The notes below the pieces were generated by a model that was not told the DNA's origin, did no database searches, and worked only from the letters and a program-made list of their open reading frames with translations. The translations under genes and the position numbers were made by a program. A stretch of DNA of 64,000 nucleotides. Origin: Psammoneis japonica. Taxonomy: Eukaryota. This document shows positions 51,930-63,817 of this stretch, one piece after another. Location: contig QPGO01000165.1 in the NCBI GenBank assembly GCA_008632985.1, positions 62,001 to 126,000 on the forward strand, read 5' to 3'. How positions within the stretch are numbered: position 1 is the first letter of the stretch; each line of letters starts with the position of its first letter.

Positions 51930-53915
51930 AGGATGAGGTGCAAGTCTGCCATCTGCTTTCTACAAGGAGCATGGATGTTTCAGTTGCACTCAGGACACCT
52001 GTGGGCACTGCTTGCCACACCACCAAACATGCAGTTGGCATTGGCACATCTGCCGGGATTGTTTGTGTCATTGATGCTGATGGTTGAGACAGCATCAGCA
52101 GAACTTTGAGAGTTCTTTTTGTTGACATGAGACATGAACTGAAGAGCAAGATCACGCAAAAACAAGCACGCAGGGTGGAAGTTTTGCTTCCAAAAATTCT
52201 GCCCTCCCTTCCACCTCAGCAGAAAAAACAAAGAATGTGTGGTGGAATTTTTGCAAAGAGTGGTGACTGCAAAGACAGTTTTGCATGTGTCAACTCCACT
52301 TTCCAGTTGAAAAATGCTGCTTGGGTAGAATTTCGGAGGTGACGGCAGAGTGTTTCAGTGTCATTGGTCAGCAGTTGCCAGGTTGAAGCTTCGCGCAAAT
52401 TTGTGCATGATTCAGGTGCATGTGCTCCACACCTTGATGTGGGCGTCATGCCATTTGGTTTGTCCATTCATTCGCATTCATTTGATGCAATTTGCGCATT
52501 TAGTTTTGCCAAGTTGGGCACTCTCTCTAGCCAGATTTAGTTCTCACAGACAGGAATCTTGTCCACAACATCTGCAATGCCTGCAACATTGACTCATGTG
52601 TTCGACAGGCCAGTGTTCTTGCACAACGCCATGTGCAGTTTTGCAAACAGACTTGGGGAAAGTGGCTGAGTTCTGCTCTCTGCATCAGAGACATTGTTCA
52701 TCAGCATCTTTTGACAGATCAGTTTCTACATCTGCTCATGTGGCTGTGCATGTTGTTGCTGTCTTCAATTGCAGAGGTGTGTTGGGATTGACAATGCAAG
52801 GTGCAGTGGGATGTCAAGAAACCATTCATTGTCATTCCCTTTCTTTTGCACCTGAGCTGTCAGAATGGGATGATCTTGCCAGCCTGGCATCACAAGTTTT
52901 GGAGCCTGTTGTGGTGCAAATGGTTGGATCTGATCTCATGCGCACCTTTTGCACCTGGCAGTTGCCTTCACTTGGTGGAAATGCCTGGCTTTGTGAGTGT
53001 CATGTGGCACGTTCAAGCATTTCTTAGACACTGGCAGACACTTCTGAACCACCAAACGCTTGAGACAAGTGGCAACCGAAGGTTGAACACCCGTTGTTGC
53101 AAATGTTGATCTCTTGAAATGTTCTTCCAACTGCAACCCTTTTCCTTCATGGACAGGACATTTGTGCTCATCATCAGCAAGAGCCACTTGAAGCCCAAAG
53201 AATGCAAGGAGCTGTTCATGCACAATGTTGTCAGTTTCAGGATTTGGCACCCATGGCATGGAGTCCAAGTGCTTGTTGCCTGTTGGGCAATTCACTCCTT
53301 GATCCAGTGTGAACCTGATGTGAGCCTTTTCTTCTTTTTTGGCTGAAGCTCTAGCTTGAGGATTTGTGTGAGTGGCATCTTCTGTTGCTGTGCCTGCCCA
53401 CAGCAGCAAACAACTTGAAACAAACAAGAGCTGCACCTTCATCTTCTCATCACTCAAGGGCACTGCGGCTGGCAAAGCAATCACATGTTGTGATCCAAGT
53501 TCAGCTGATCCCTTTTGTGTTGTGTTGACAATTGCTTCATTTGTTGTTGCCACATCTCCTTCAGTCGTGGGTGTCAAAGACAATGAAATTTTGAATTTTC
53601 CTGTCCAAAACAGGAATTTTGACAAATTTGATGTTTTTGAGATCTTTTTGAAAGATCGTTTCTTTGTCACAGACAGTCGGGGGGATCGAGTCATGCCTTG
53701 AGTCTCACCACTTCTTTTCACTTCATTGTCACAATGCAGCAACCCTCAAAAGGCAACTTTGCCTTTCACTCCTGCTTGGCAGGTTCCTTCTGTTCAATGG
53801 AATTCCCAACCATCACAAAGTGCAGTGGTCACTTGGAGAGAAACAGCCATCAGATCTTTTCATGGCATCTCACTGCCTGGCTGTCATAAAGAACATCTTA
53901 GCTGACCCCAACACC

Positions 53916-54540
53916 ATGAAGAACGTTGGAGCCTTTGTTGTTGCTGCTGCTCTGGCAGTCTTTTACACTGCCGCCATGTGGGACAATCCTCAGGGTGGTG
54001 TTGACAAAGCGTCCTTGTGCAATTTCTGCTCCAGCCAACAATGCCAAAGCCTGCAGCAGGACACTGATCATGAGGATGAGTGGGGACCTCTTGTTGGACA
54101 CTGGAAAGGCACTCTAGGTCGTGTGCCACCCAGTTTAGAGTTGCGCATCATCACTCATGTCTTGCTCATTTTCGGACAAGTCCTTGAGTGCAATCTTGAT
54201 CAGGGAGGTCAGTTCATCCCCACCATGGCAATGTGGTTCAATCCAGACACCAATGAGAATCATTTCTTTGTTGGCACCATCAATGGTGTGTGCACTGGAA
54301 AGCTTGATGATGCGACTGGAAATGTGATGACGGGAACATGGAAGAGACATGGCAGAAGCATGTCTCTAGATTGTGGTTGTTGCAATGTGCCCAACAAGGA
54401 GATGAGCATTCCTCACGAGGTTCAGTTTGCAGCAGAAAAAGCAGTGACAGGAGATCCAGACACAATTGTTGGAATGGAAGGCTGTTCCACCTGGATGATG
54501 ATGACTGCAACCAAGATGCACCATGTCCTCCACTGTTGGT
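53916..54540 (+). pseudogene. Decayed secreted/membrane-anchored protein, 5' part (continues at 61658-61906)
   Basis: Hydrophobic N-terminus; WKGTL...LDQGG..IP...TGKLD...MTGTW, repeated after the Copia as ...LPVPI...FQGTLDEKSMTGTV. Confidence 0.45.
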
Positions 54541-54816
54541 TGACAGGATTTGAACAGGATTTGGATGCGCGCGAAGCATCGCGCGCTGTTTGGTTTGCCG
54601 CACACAGTTTTGTGTGCTTTAGTTCCGCGCGTTCACGCGCGATGTAGTTTGCTTTCGAGCCACAAGGCTCACAAGAATGACAACAGCAGCCCGATTGTGC
54701 CGACTCACACGTCTTTCGGCTCCTGCAACGGTCTCTGAGCGGAGACTCATCTGCCATTTAGATAGCAGTAAGGAGTCATTGTTTGAATTCTTGCCATTTG
54801 CCTTCAATTTCTGTCA
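54541..54816 (+). repeat. Copia-2 5' LTR (276 bp)
   Basis: Matches 61371-61657. Confidence 0.95.
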
Positions 54817-55755
54817 GATTAACAGTCTTGCTCATTGTCAACCCATTGAGCAACCGCCATCGTCGTCGTTGATTTACCAACGACGCTATTTCAATTCTAC
54901 GTGGACCTCCGTATATGTTCTACATACATCGGCAAGTCTACGCGCATTCAACACCAGGGCATCGGCAGGAAGTTAACGTCACCGTCAAGTCTCCTTACCG
55001 CTGGATATCTGGATTGATTATACTACCTTTGATCGCTGAAGACATACATTCAACGGTCATGTCCAAGTCCATCCTTGATCCTCATCCCTTGACATGCCCA
55101 TTCATCGGTTAACGGTCAAGAACCCCACATGTTCAAGGATCTTCGTCGCTAAAGACACATGTGCACATGCATGTCTTCACGGCCAAGAACCTGTACCCAC
55201 TCTTCGGACTGCGGTTTTGCTGCCACTCCACAAGCACACCGAGTCCATTGCACCTGATCTGCCCCGGACTGCTGGTGCTCTGCAGTTCTGCCAGGTCCAC
55301 GAGGACGACTGTGAGAGCAAGCAGCCGTGATTGCAGCCTGCGTTGGGGCGAGGGTGCTTTCCCGCGTTTGTTCGTTCGTCCACAGCGCCTGACGCCTGCG
55401 TCAACTGGCCAGCCTGATCGGGAAATCCAACCGACACAAAATAAGAACGGTTCGGGGGTCTTGTCCACCTCCAGTCAGCTTGCCTGCAGGGGTTTACAAC
55501 CCGCCACTCCGCTCGCAAGCAACCCAAAGCACCACCAGCTGCGGGTTCGGACGTGCTGGCACAACTCTACGGTCCGGATGGGAAGTTTAGCACTTGACAA
55601 CGAACGGGATGACAAAGCCCGGCGACTTCTGATTTTAAGACAGTTCAAGATTTCAAGTCAAGTCCATTTCAAGTCAAGTCCATTCTCACCCAAGTTTCGA
55701 GTCTACCTTCGCTTCCCAACCAGAATTGATTGTCCTGACACCACTTTTGTCTACC

Positions 55756-58700
55756 GTGGTTCTCACTCGTCAGCAACAAACCGATGGTTTCGAGCACGTT
55801 GTTGGAACCGTGCTTGCCCAAGGTGCTGGGAGTCCTCTTCGTTTGGCTTTGGCCCAAGACGGCACGGACTCGCATCAGGAACTGTTCACGTTCACACCGC
55901 CCCAAATCGACTCGCTTGAGTGCGACAACGGCACCAATGCAATCCCTTTGCCCCGTGGTTATAAGAACATGTTAGCAGCACCAGTTGGCCTGCACATTGT
56001 CAAAGCACACAAAGGTCTTGACGTTGCCAACGACTCCTCTTTGTTCGCGCATGACGAGTTCCTTGCCTGCCGCCTCAGCCCGGACTGCATGTCCTCTCTG
56101 TCCATCGGCAGCTCACCCCTTGCACCTCCACATGTCACCAACCCGACCAAGGCACGCGACCCGGTGCGAGACTTCAAGCAAGGCATCAAGCGTGATCCCA
56201 CCGCTTTCATGGCTCTCAAATCCGACAAGCAGTGGCACACTTGGCACACCTCACTTGTGGCACAAGCCCGTGCCCAAGACGTCGAGTGCATTCTAGACTC
56301 GTCGTACAAACCGACCAGCCCCGAAGACAAACTGCTCTTTGCTGAACAGCAAAAGCACATGTTCGCCGTCTTCGAACGCATCCTTCTCACCGACAAGGGC
56401 AAGGCTCTCATTCGCGAAAATGTGGGGTCCTCTGACGCACAGACCGTCTGCCGCTCCTTGTCTGAACACGCGCTTGCCTCCACCCGTGCATCTGTCGAGT
56501 CATCCACCCTGCTCACGTGCCTCACCACCGCACGTCTTGGTGATGGCACTTGGAAAGGTCCGACCCACGGGTTCATCCTTCATTGGCAAGATCAGTTGCG
56601 CAAGTGCGAGGCACTCATCCCCGCCAGCGACCACTTCTCTGAAGGACAGAAGCGCGTCATGCTCGAGAATGCCGTGCACCCTGTCGAGGAACTCCGTGCT
56701 GTCAAGAACCAAGCTGATCAGCATCGCACGCAGAGTGGCAAGAGCCTCACATGCGATCAATGCTGTGGCTTGCTCCTCTCCGTGGCAGCTCAGTGCGACA
56801 GCACGTTTCAACCCAAGACGACACCTCGAGCTCCCCGACGCGCCATGTGCGCACACGACGTCCACTCCGAGGAACCGTCCGACGATGTGTTCTACGACAT
56901 TGACAGCGACGTTGACGTCCTTCAAGCCAATGCTGCCTGCACCCGTGGTCCCAGCCTCACCGGTGTCCAATGGAGACGTCTCCCTCCCGACCACCAACGG
57001 CTCTGGGATTCGTTGCCCGATTCCTCCAAGGCGATCATCCTTGAGCACTCTCGTCCGCCTCCCCGCAACCCGCGAGCCAGCAACTGCCATGAGTCTGTTG
57101 CGGCCAACCTTCACGACCAACACCTTGGGAGTGACGGTGATGTCAACTTGTCCAACACGACTCCTGCTGACTGTGGTGACTCCGCTGCACATGTGGACGC
57201 CATTTCGGACAATCCTGTCCTGGCGCACCTCACCAAGCGCAAGCCACTGCCACCCGGTGATCTGCAACGTCTGTTGTCTCCTAACCAAGCCCCAATGCCA
57301 GTCGACCGGGGCCATCCGCCGCTTCCTCTACCCCGCCAGCTTCTGCAGATGACACAGAACTTAACGGCCGCACTCACCGCCGCGTCAACAACCACAATGT
57401 CATTTGCTCTGCCTCTGCTCATCGCTCCACACGCACTGGCGCTCTAGTCAATCGTGGGGCCAACGGCGGCATTGCTGGCGACGACGTCCACGTCATCGCA
57501 CGCACCTCTCGCCAAGTCGACGTTCAGGGCATTGACGATCATCAATTGGTGGACATCCCCATTGTCACCGCTGGTGCCGTCATTGAGACCCAGCGTGGTC
57601 CCGTCATCGCCATCCTCCATCAGTGCGCATGCACGGGAAAGGGCAAGACCATCCATTCCTGCGGCCAGCTCGAATGGCACAAACAGGATGTCAACGATCG
57701 CTCTGTCAAGGTGCCCAACGGCTTGCAACGCATTGCCACTCCTGATGGCTGTGTCATCCCCATTGACATCAAGGCTGGCCTGCCTTGTGTTGCCATGCTT
57801 CCTTACACTGACGCCGAATGGGACACCCTGCCCCACGTCATCCTCACCGGTGATGACACATGGGACCCTTCCGTCCTCGATCACTCTGTCACTGACGATG
57901 ACCAGTGGTACGACGCGATCTCTGACCTGCAGGACGATCCCACTGCCAACCTGTTTGACGAATGCGGCAACTACCGTCACCGTGTCGTTGTCAACGAGAC
58001 CATCTTGTCCGCTTCCTTGTCTGCCGATCACGCGTCCGCCCTCGATGATCACCTCATTCCGAACGACGACGTGTTCTACGAGTGTCATCTGCATGCGATT
58101 GACCCCAAGGGCGATGACGTTCCACCTCCGGAGCGCACTGTACAGCCCAAGGACCCCCCCTTCGAGTCTCTTCGGCCTTGCTTTGGCTTCCTACCTGCCG
58201 ATGCGGTCCGTCGTACTTTTGACTGCACCACGCAGTGCGCCCGCATGCCCGCCGGTGCACACCTTCGCAAGGCCTTCAAATCACCCAACCCCGCCCTTAA
58301 TGTGCACCGTCGCAACGAGCCTGTCGCCACTGACACCGTTTGTGCCGACACCCCGGCCGTCGACTCTGGTTGCACCAGCGCCCAACTGTTTGTTGGCACC
58401 GAGTCTACCGTCACTGACGTCTGCGGCACTAGACGGACAAAGAGTTTGTCAACACACTCGAGGATCAGATCCGTGAACGTGGTGCCCCATCCAAACTCAT
58501 TAGCGACCGTGCTCAAGTTGAGATCAGCAACAAAGTGCTCGGGATCCTACGCGCCCTCTTCATCTCCAGCTGGCAAAGTGAGCCTCACCAGCAACACCAA
58601 AACTTTGCCGAGCGTCGACACCAGACTGTGAAGCGCATGGCGAACACTGTCATGGACCGTTTTGGTTCGCCCGCCCACACATGGCTGCTGGCGCTCATGT

Positions 58701-61297
58701 GCGTGTGCTTCACACTCAACCATGCAGCGTCCCCACGTCTCCACTGGCGCACGCCCCTCGAGACTCTCACTGGATCCACCCCGGACATCAGCCCATTGCT
58801 TCGCTTTCACTGGTGGGAACCAGTGCACTTCCACCTCGATGACTCCGATTGGCCGTCCGAATCTCGTGAGTTGCGTGGACGCTTCGTTGGCATTGCTGAG
58901 CACGTCGGCCACCAGATGACCTTCAAGATTCTATCTGACGAGACTCAGAAGATCCTCTGCCGGTCCAACGTTCGCTCCGCCACCCCCGATCCTGCCGTTC
59001 GAAACCTGCGTCTTGATCCTCCTGATGGGGAGCCACCTGAACCCATCATCAAATCTCGCCATGACGACAACCCCGTCGATTCTCCTGATGGGGAGATCAG
59101 GACACCCAAGATGCCAGTTTTCGATCCGCAAGACATCATTGGACGTACCTTCCTCATGCAGCCACAAGAGGACGGACAACGCCACAGAGCTCGTGTCGTC
59201 AAGGCCGTCGAAGACCACGAATGGAAAGTGAACGGCAATCCCGAGCTCACTAAGTTCGTCTGCTCTGTCAACAATGACGAATACGAGGAAGTCCTTGCCT
59301 GCAATGACATCATGAATCACATTGAGCAAGAAGACGAAGACACCACTGTTTGGAAATTTCGACGCATCGTGTCACACGAAGGCCCTCTGAAGCCTCACGA
59401 CCCAACCTGGAAAGGCTCAAGCTACAACATCATGCTTGAATGGGAAAGTGGGGAGATCACGTCCGAGCCTCTTGCCATCATCGCCAAGGACGACCCCGTC
59501 ACCTGTGCCATCTATGCACGAGAGAACGGACTCCTCGACACGGATGGATGGAAGCGGTTCCGCACCATCGCGAGGCGCCAAAAGAAGCCATTTCGCATGG
59601 CCAACCAAGCCAAGCTTCGCTCCTTCCGCACTGCACCTCGCTACAAGTACGGATACGAAGTTCCCCGGAACTACAAACACGCCATGTCACTGGACGAACG
59701 CAACGGCAACCGCAAGTGGGGAGACGCAACTAATCTCGAGATGGACCAACTCGACGAATACGAAGTCTTCCATGACTGCGGGCCCTTCAAGTCTTCCACT
59801 CCTCCTGCGGGACACAAGAAGATCCGAGTGCACCTGGTGTGCGACGTGAAACACGACGGTCGCCACAAGGCACGACTCGTAGCCGACGGGCACCTCACGG
59901 ACGTACCTGTCGACAGTGTCTACTCCGGAGCAGTCTCCCTTCGTGGCCTTCGGCTGATGATTTTCCTGGCCGAACTCAACGAGCTGGAGACATGGGCCAC
60001 CGACATTGGCAATGCCCACCTTGAAGCCACCACCAAGGAGAAGCTTTACATTGTAGCTGGACCCGAATTTGGCAAACTCGAAGGACACATCCTTGTCATC
60101 CACAAGGCACTGTATGGACTCCGCAGCTCCGGTCTCCGCTGGCACGAGCGCTTCGCCGACTGCCTGCGAGCTGAAGGCTTCTTCCCCTGCCGCGCCGAAC
60201 CCGACATTTGGATGCGCAGGAACGGCGACCACTATGAACACATTGCCGTTTATGTGGATGACCTCGCCATTGCCATGAAGGACCCTCAATCTTTCGTCGA
60301 CACTCTCACGGAAAAGTGCAAGTTCAAGCTCAAGGGTGCGGGACCCATTGAGTTCCATCTGGGTTGCGACTTTTCCCGGGACCCCGACGGAACCTTGTGC
60401 CTGTCTCCGCGCAAGTACATCGAGCGCATGGTCGACAGCTACGCCCGACTGTTTGGGGAGAAACCCACCACCAACGCCCTGTCACCTCTAGAGAAGGGTG
60501 ACCACCCCGAACTGGACACTTCCGAACTGCTGGGACCCGATGGCATTCACAAGTTCCAGTCTCTTGTTGGTTCACTCCAATGGGCAGTGTCCCTTGGTCG
60601 AATTGACATTACCACGGCCGTCATGTCACTCTCTAGCTTCCGAGCTGCGCCCCGTCAAGGCCACTTGGATCGTGCCAAACGCGTCTGTGGGTGCCTCTCC
60701 AAGATGCGACACGGTGCTCTCCGCGTTCGCACGGAAGAGCCCGACTGTTCGGATCTCCCTGCTCCGGCCTACGAATGGATGCATTCCGTGTATGGTGAAG
60801 CAGAAGAGATGATCCCGAAGGACGCTCCACCGCCCCTTGGCAAGTTCGTCACTACCACCCACTACGTCGATGCAAACTTGTACCATTGCATGCTCACCGG
60901 GCGCTCTGTCATGGGAATGCTCCACTTCCTCAACAAATTCCCGGCTGATTGGTTCTCCAAGAAACAAGCCACCGTGGAGACTGCAACCTACGGATCTGAA
61001 TTTGTTGCCGCAAGGAATTGTGTTGAGCAGATTATCGACCTGCGCATCACCCTGCGCTACCTTGGCGTCCCGATCCGTAATGTCAGTTACATGTTCGGTG
61101 ACAACAAGTCGGTTGTAGACAGTGCCACCATCCCGCACTCCAAGTTGCACAAGCGACACACTGCACTGTCGTTCCACCGTGTGCGTGAGGCAATTGCCTC
61201 TGGTTGCCTTGAGTTCCACTTCATCGAAGGCTCCCGCAACCCTGCTGACATTCTCAGCAAGCATTGGGGTTGCTCCCAAATCTGGGACCTTCTCTGA
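55756..61297 (+). pseudogene. Copia-2 gag-pol (frameshifts near 57.3 kb and 58.43 kb; late stop)
   Basis: Gag FKQGIKRD; protease NRGANGG (DRGANGG); integrase VATDTV..SEPHQQHQNFAERR; RT KHDGRHKARLVADG and IAVYVDD; RNase H YVDA..ETATYGSEF..GDN..NPADILSK. The start is probably ATG->GTG at 55756. Confidence 0.93.
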
Positions 61298-61370
61298 CCC
61301 CTCATGTTCTGGAACTTCATTCCATCCGAAGTCGAATCTGTTTCTGTGGCTCCTCAAGCAAACTGGGGAG

Positions 61371-61657
61371 TGACAGGATTTGAACAGGATTTGAACAGGA
61401 TTTGGATGCGCGCGAAGCATCGCGCGCTGTTCAGTTTACCGCGCACAGTTTTGTGTGCTTTAGTTCCGCGCGTTCACGCGCGACGCAGTTTGCTTTCGAG
61501 CCACAAGGCTCACAAGAATAACAACAGCAGCCCGATTGTGCCAACTTGCACGTCTTTCGGCTCCTGCAACGGTCTCTGAGCGGAGACTCATCTGCTGTTT
61601 AGACAGCAGCAAGGAGTTGTTGTTTGAATTCTTGCCATTTGCCTTCAATTTCTGTCA
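61371..61657 (+). repeat. Copia-2 3' LTR (287 bp; extra 11-bp tandem unit)
   Basis: Matches 54541-54816. Confidence 0.95.
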
Positions 61658-62797
61658 TTGGTTGTTGTTCAAATGGACAAGTCAGATGGCAATGTTGTGG
61701 AACCAAAGCTGTTTCTTCCTGATCTGAGTTGCCTGCCTGTGCCAATTCAGTCCTTTTTGATTGATGTTGGTGACAATGTCAAAATCATGCATGATGGCAG
61801 TGACTCAATTTTTCAAGGCACACTGGATGAAAAGTCAATGACTGGCACTGTCAACTGTGACAGCGCAGATGCAGCATTGGGCCTTGACCTTGTTGTGGAG
61901 CAATGATCATCCTAAACATGTGTTGGCAAAACAGTTTCCGAAGGAAATTGTCAACTTAGCAACAACAATCTTGTCACACTGTGCTGTGAACGGAGGTCAA
62001 TCTTGCCACTGCGTGGAATCACACTGCAAGTGGAGCTCACATCCTTGACTGGCAGATGTGTTTAGACCAATGGGCTTGACAAACTGAGAACAAAGTCAAG
62101 AAATGCTCAAAGGACTGTTGCTGATTGGCTGATGAAGAAGCTGACATGCTGGATGCCACACACAACCCTCACATCATTTTCTCATCTGAAAACCCGTGTG
62201 CACAAAGCCTCTTGTGCCAGCAAAGAAACACATGAGGATGCCCTTGCGGCTTGTGCACAACTTGAGGACACCTGGGAATGGAGACAAAAGGATTTTCTTG
62301 TGGTGGATGGATGCAGTTGAGCAAAAACAATTGGGGCCCTGGCAAGTGCAAAGATGACTCAAACAGAAGGTTTTCATGTGTGCTGGCAAATGTGTGGGAT
62401 GACAAACAAAACAGCACCAATTGGTGAGAGCAACAATGTCTGGCATGCATGTGAAGACAGACAACTCAAAGTTTGCTGTTTGTTTGAAACAAAGCCAAAG
62501 CAATGGTTTCACCCTCCTGGAACAAACCAATCATGTTGCTTTCTTTCTCTTCCGGCCAAAGAAAAATCCTGCAAAACCTGCAAACTTCAGGACAGGACAT
62601 TTTGACAAAAAACGTCAAGGGACACTCAATGACTTTTCTTGCATTTTTGATTCAAATTGACTGGCAAGTTTGGAATCATGTGGAACCCACATGTGAATTT
62701 GTGGTGTGTTCAATCCAACTGTGTGCCTCCTGAGCTGAAACCGACTGCATCACAAGATGCGCTAAAAACAACAAACACAAAAAATTAATTGCACACC

Positions 62798-63817
62798 ATG
62801 TCGTCTTCAAGTGATGGCAATGCCAATGGCACCAACCATGTGCCACCAACACAAGACAGTCATGCTGATTGCATGCCTTGTGATGAGGACATGGGGCTTG
62901 TGCCAACCCCTCACCTCCTCAATCAAAGGCTGTTCTTGTCCCTCCATGTTTGTGATTGCAAAGAACTGTTGACAGAAGAAAAGCTGCTTGTGGGTGCAAG
63001 CATCATGTCAACGAAGGTGTCCAGCCTCAGAGCTCTTTTCCAAAAGTGCAAGCATGTTTGCAATGACAACCCCACACCCAAAAACCTTTCCACCTCAGGC
63101 AATTCTGGTGACTTGAAGAAACATCTGATGATGTGGTTCTGCGTCTTCCGGCAGGAAGGAGCACGCATTGAAAAGTGCCCCTTCAGCACTTCCAAGAACT
63201 GGAGCCAGACAGAAGATTCACACATTGTTGAGACACTTGGTGACCCTTCCTTCCAAAAACCCCTCCAGCACCTTCACCAAAAGGCTCCACATGTTGTGCT
63301 GGAGGAGGGCAACCCACCCCTTGTGGCTGTGTGCCAACAGTTCACAGTGGTTCTGTGCAACAATTTTGACAAGTGCAAACCAACATGCAGGTTTCAAGAT
63401 GACCCACTGCTGAAGGTGTTTGATCCCAATGACAAGACAATTGCTTTCCATGCTCCAGATGTCATCAAATTGAGGGTTGGCCAGCTTGGAAGCAGACTGA
63501 CAGTGGTGCACAAGCTTGGCACAAAAAGTGGCTTGGACCCAGAAGGTTTTGAAAATGCACTTGATCTGACAGATCCGCTGGACCAATCAACTCTCTGTTG
63601 GTGGAAGTCAATTGACAGCCATGGTGATTCATCTGTTCTCAACAAGTTTGTGCGCCTTCTTCCAGCTGGGTCAGGTGTGGATGCCTCGGATCCCAGCACC
63701 ATCGAACACAGCCTGAAAGCTGCCAACTCCATCTTGCGCAGCATGTGCAAGGGTGACAGCTCCTCCAGCAAGCCCAAAGTGTGTCTGAAAAAGTCCTCAA
63801 GGTGGTCAATGAGTTGA
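62798..63817 (+). pseudogene. Decayed ORF of unknown function
   Basis: A 340-codon frame with protein-like composition but no Tyr and excess Cys/His; no family recognised. Confidence 0.4.

Larger units (their letters stand above)
48187..52345 (-). mobile_element. CryptonS-like tyrosine-recombinase transposon
   Basis: Contains a YR pseudogene. The same junction sequence (ggtgacgg) occurs at 48187-48194 and 52338-52345. No TIR or TSD seen. Confidence 0.7.
54541..61657 (+). mobile_element. Full-length Ty1/Copia LTR retrotransposon (Copia-2, CoDi-like), young and partly TA-mutated
   Basis: LTRs TGACAG...CTGTCA; TSD ttggt (54536-40 and 61658-62); PPT ctggggag; gag-PR-IN-RT-RH order. Confidence 0.97.

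Noticed and set aside
56500..61420. Long antisense ORFs within Copia-2
   Set aside because: Shadows of the GC-rich, TA-poor gag-pol frame.
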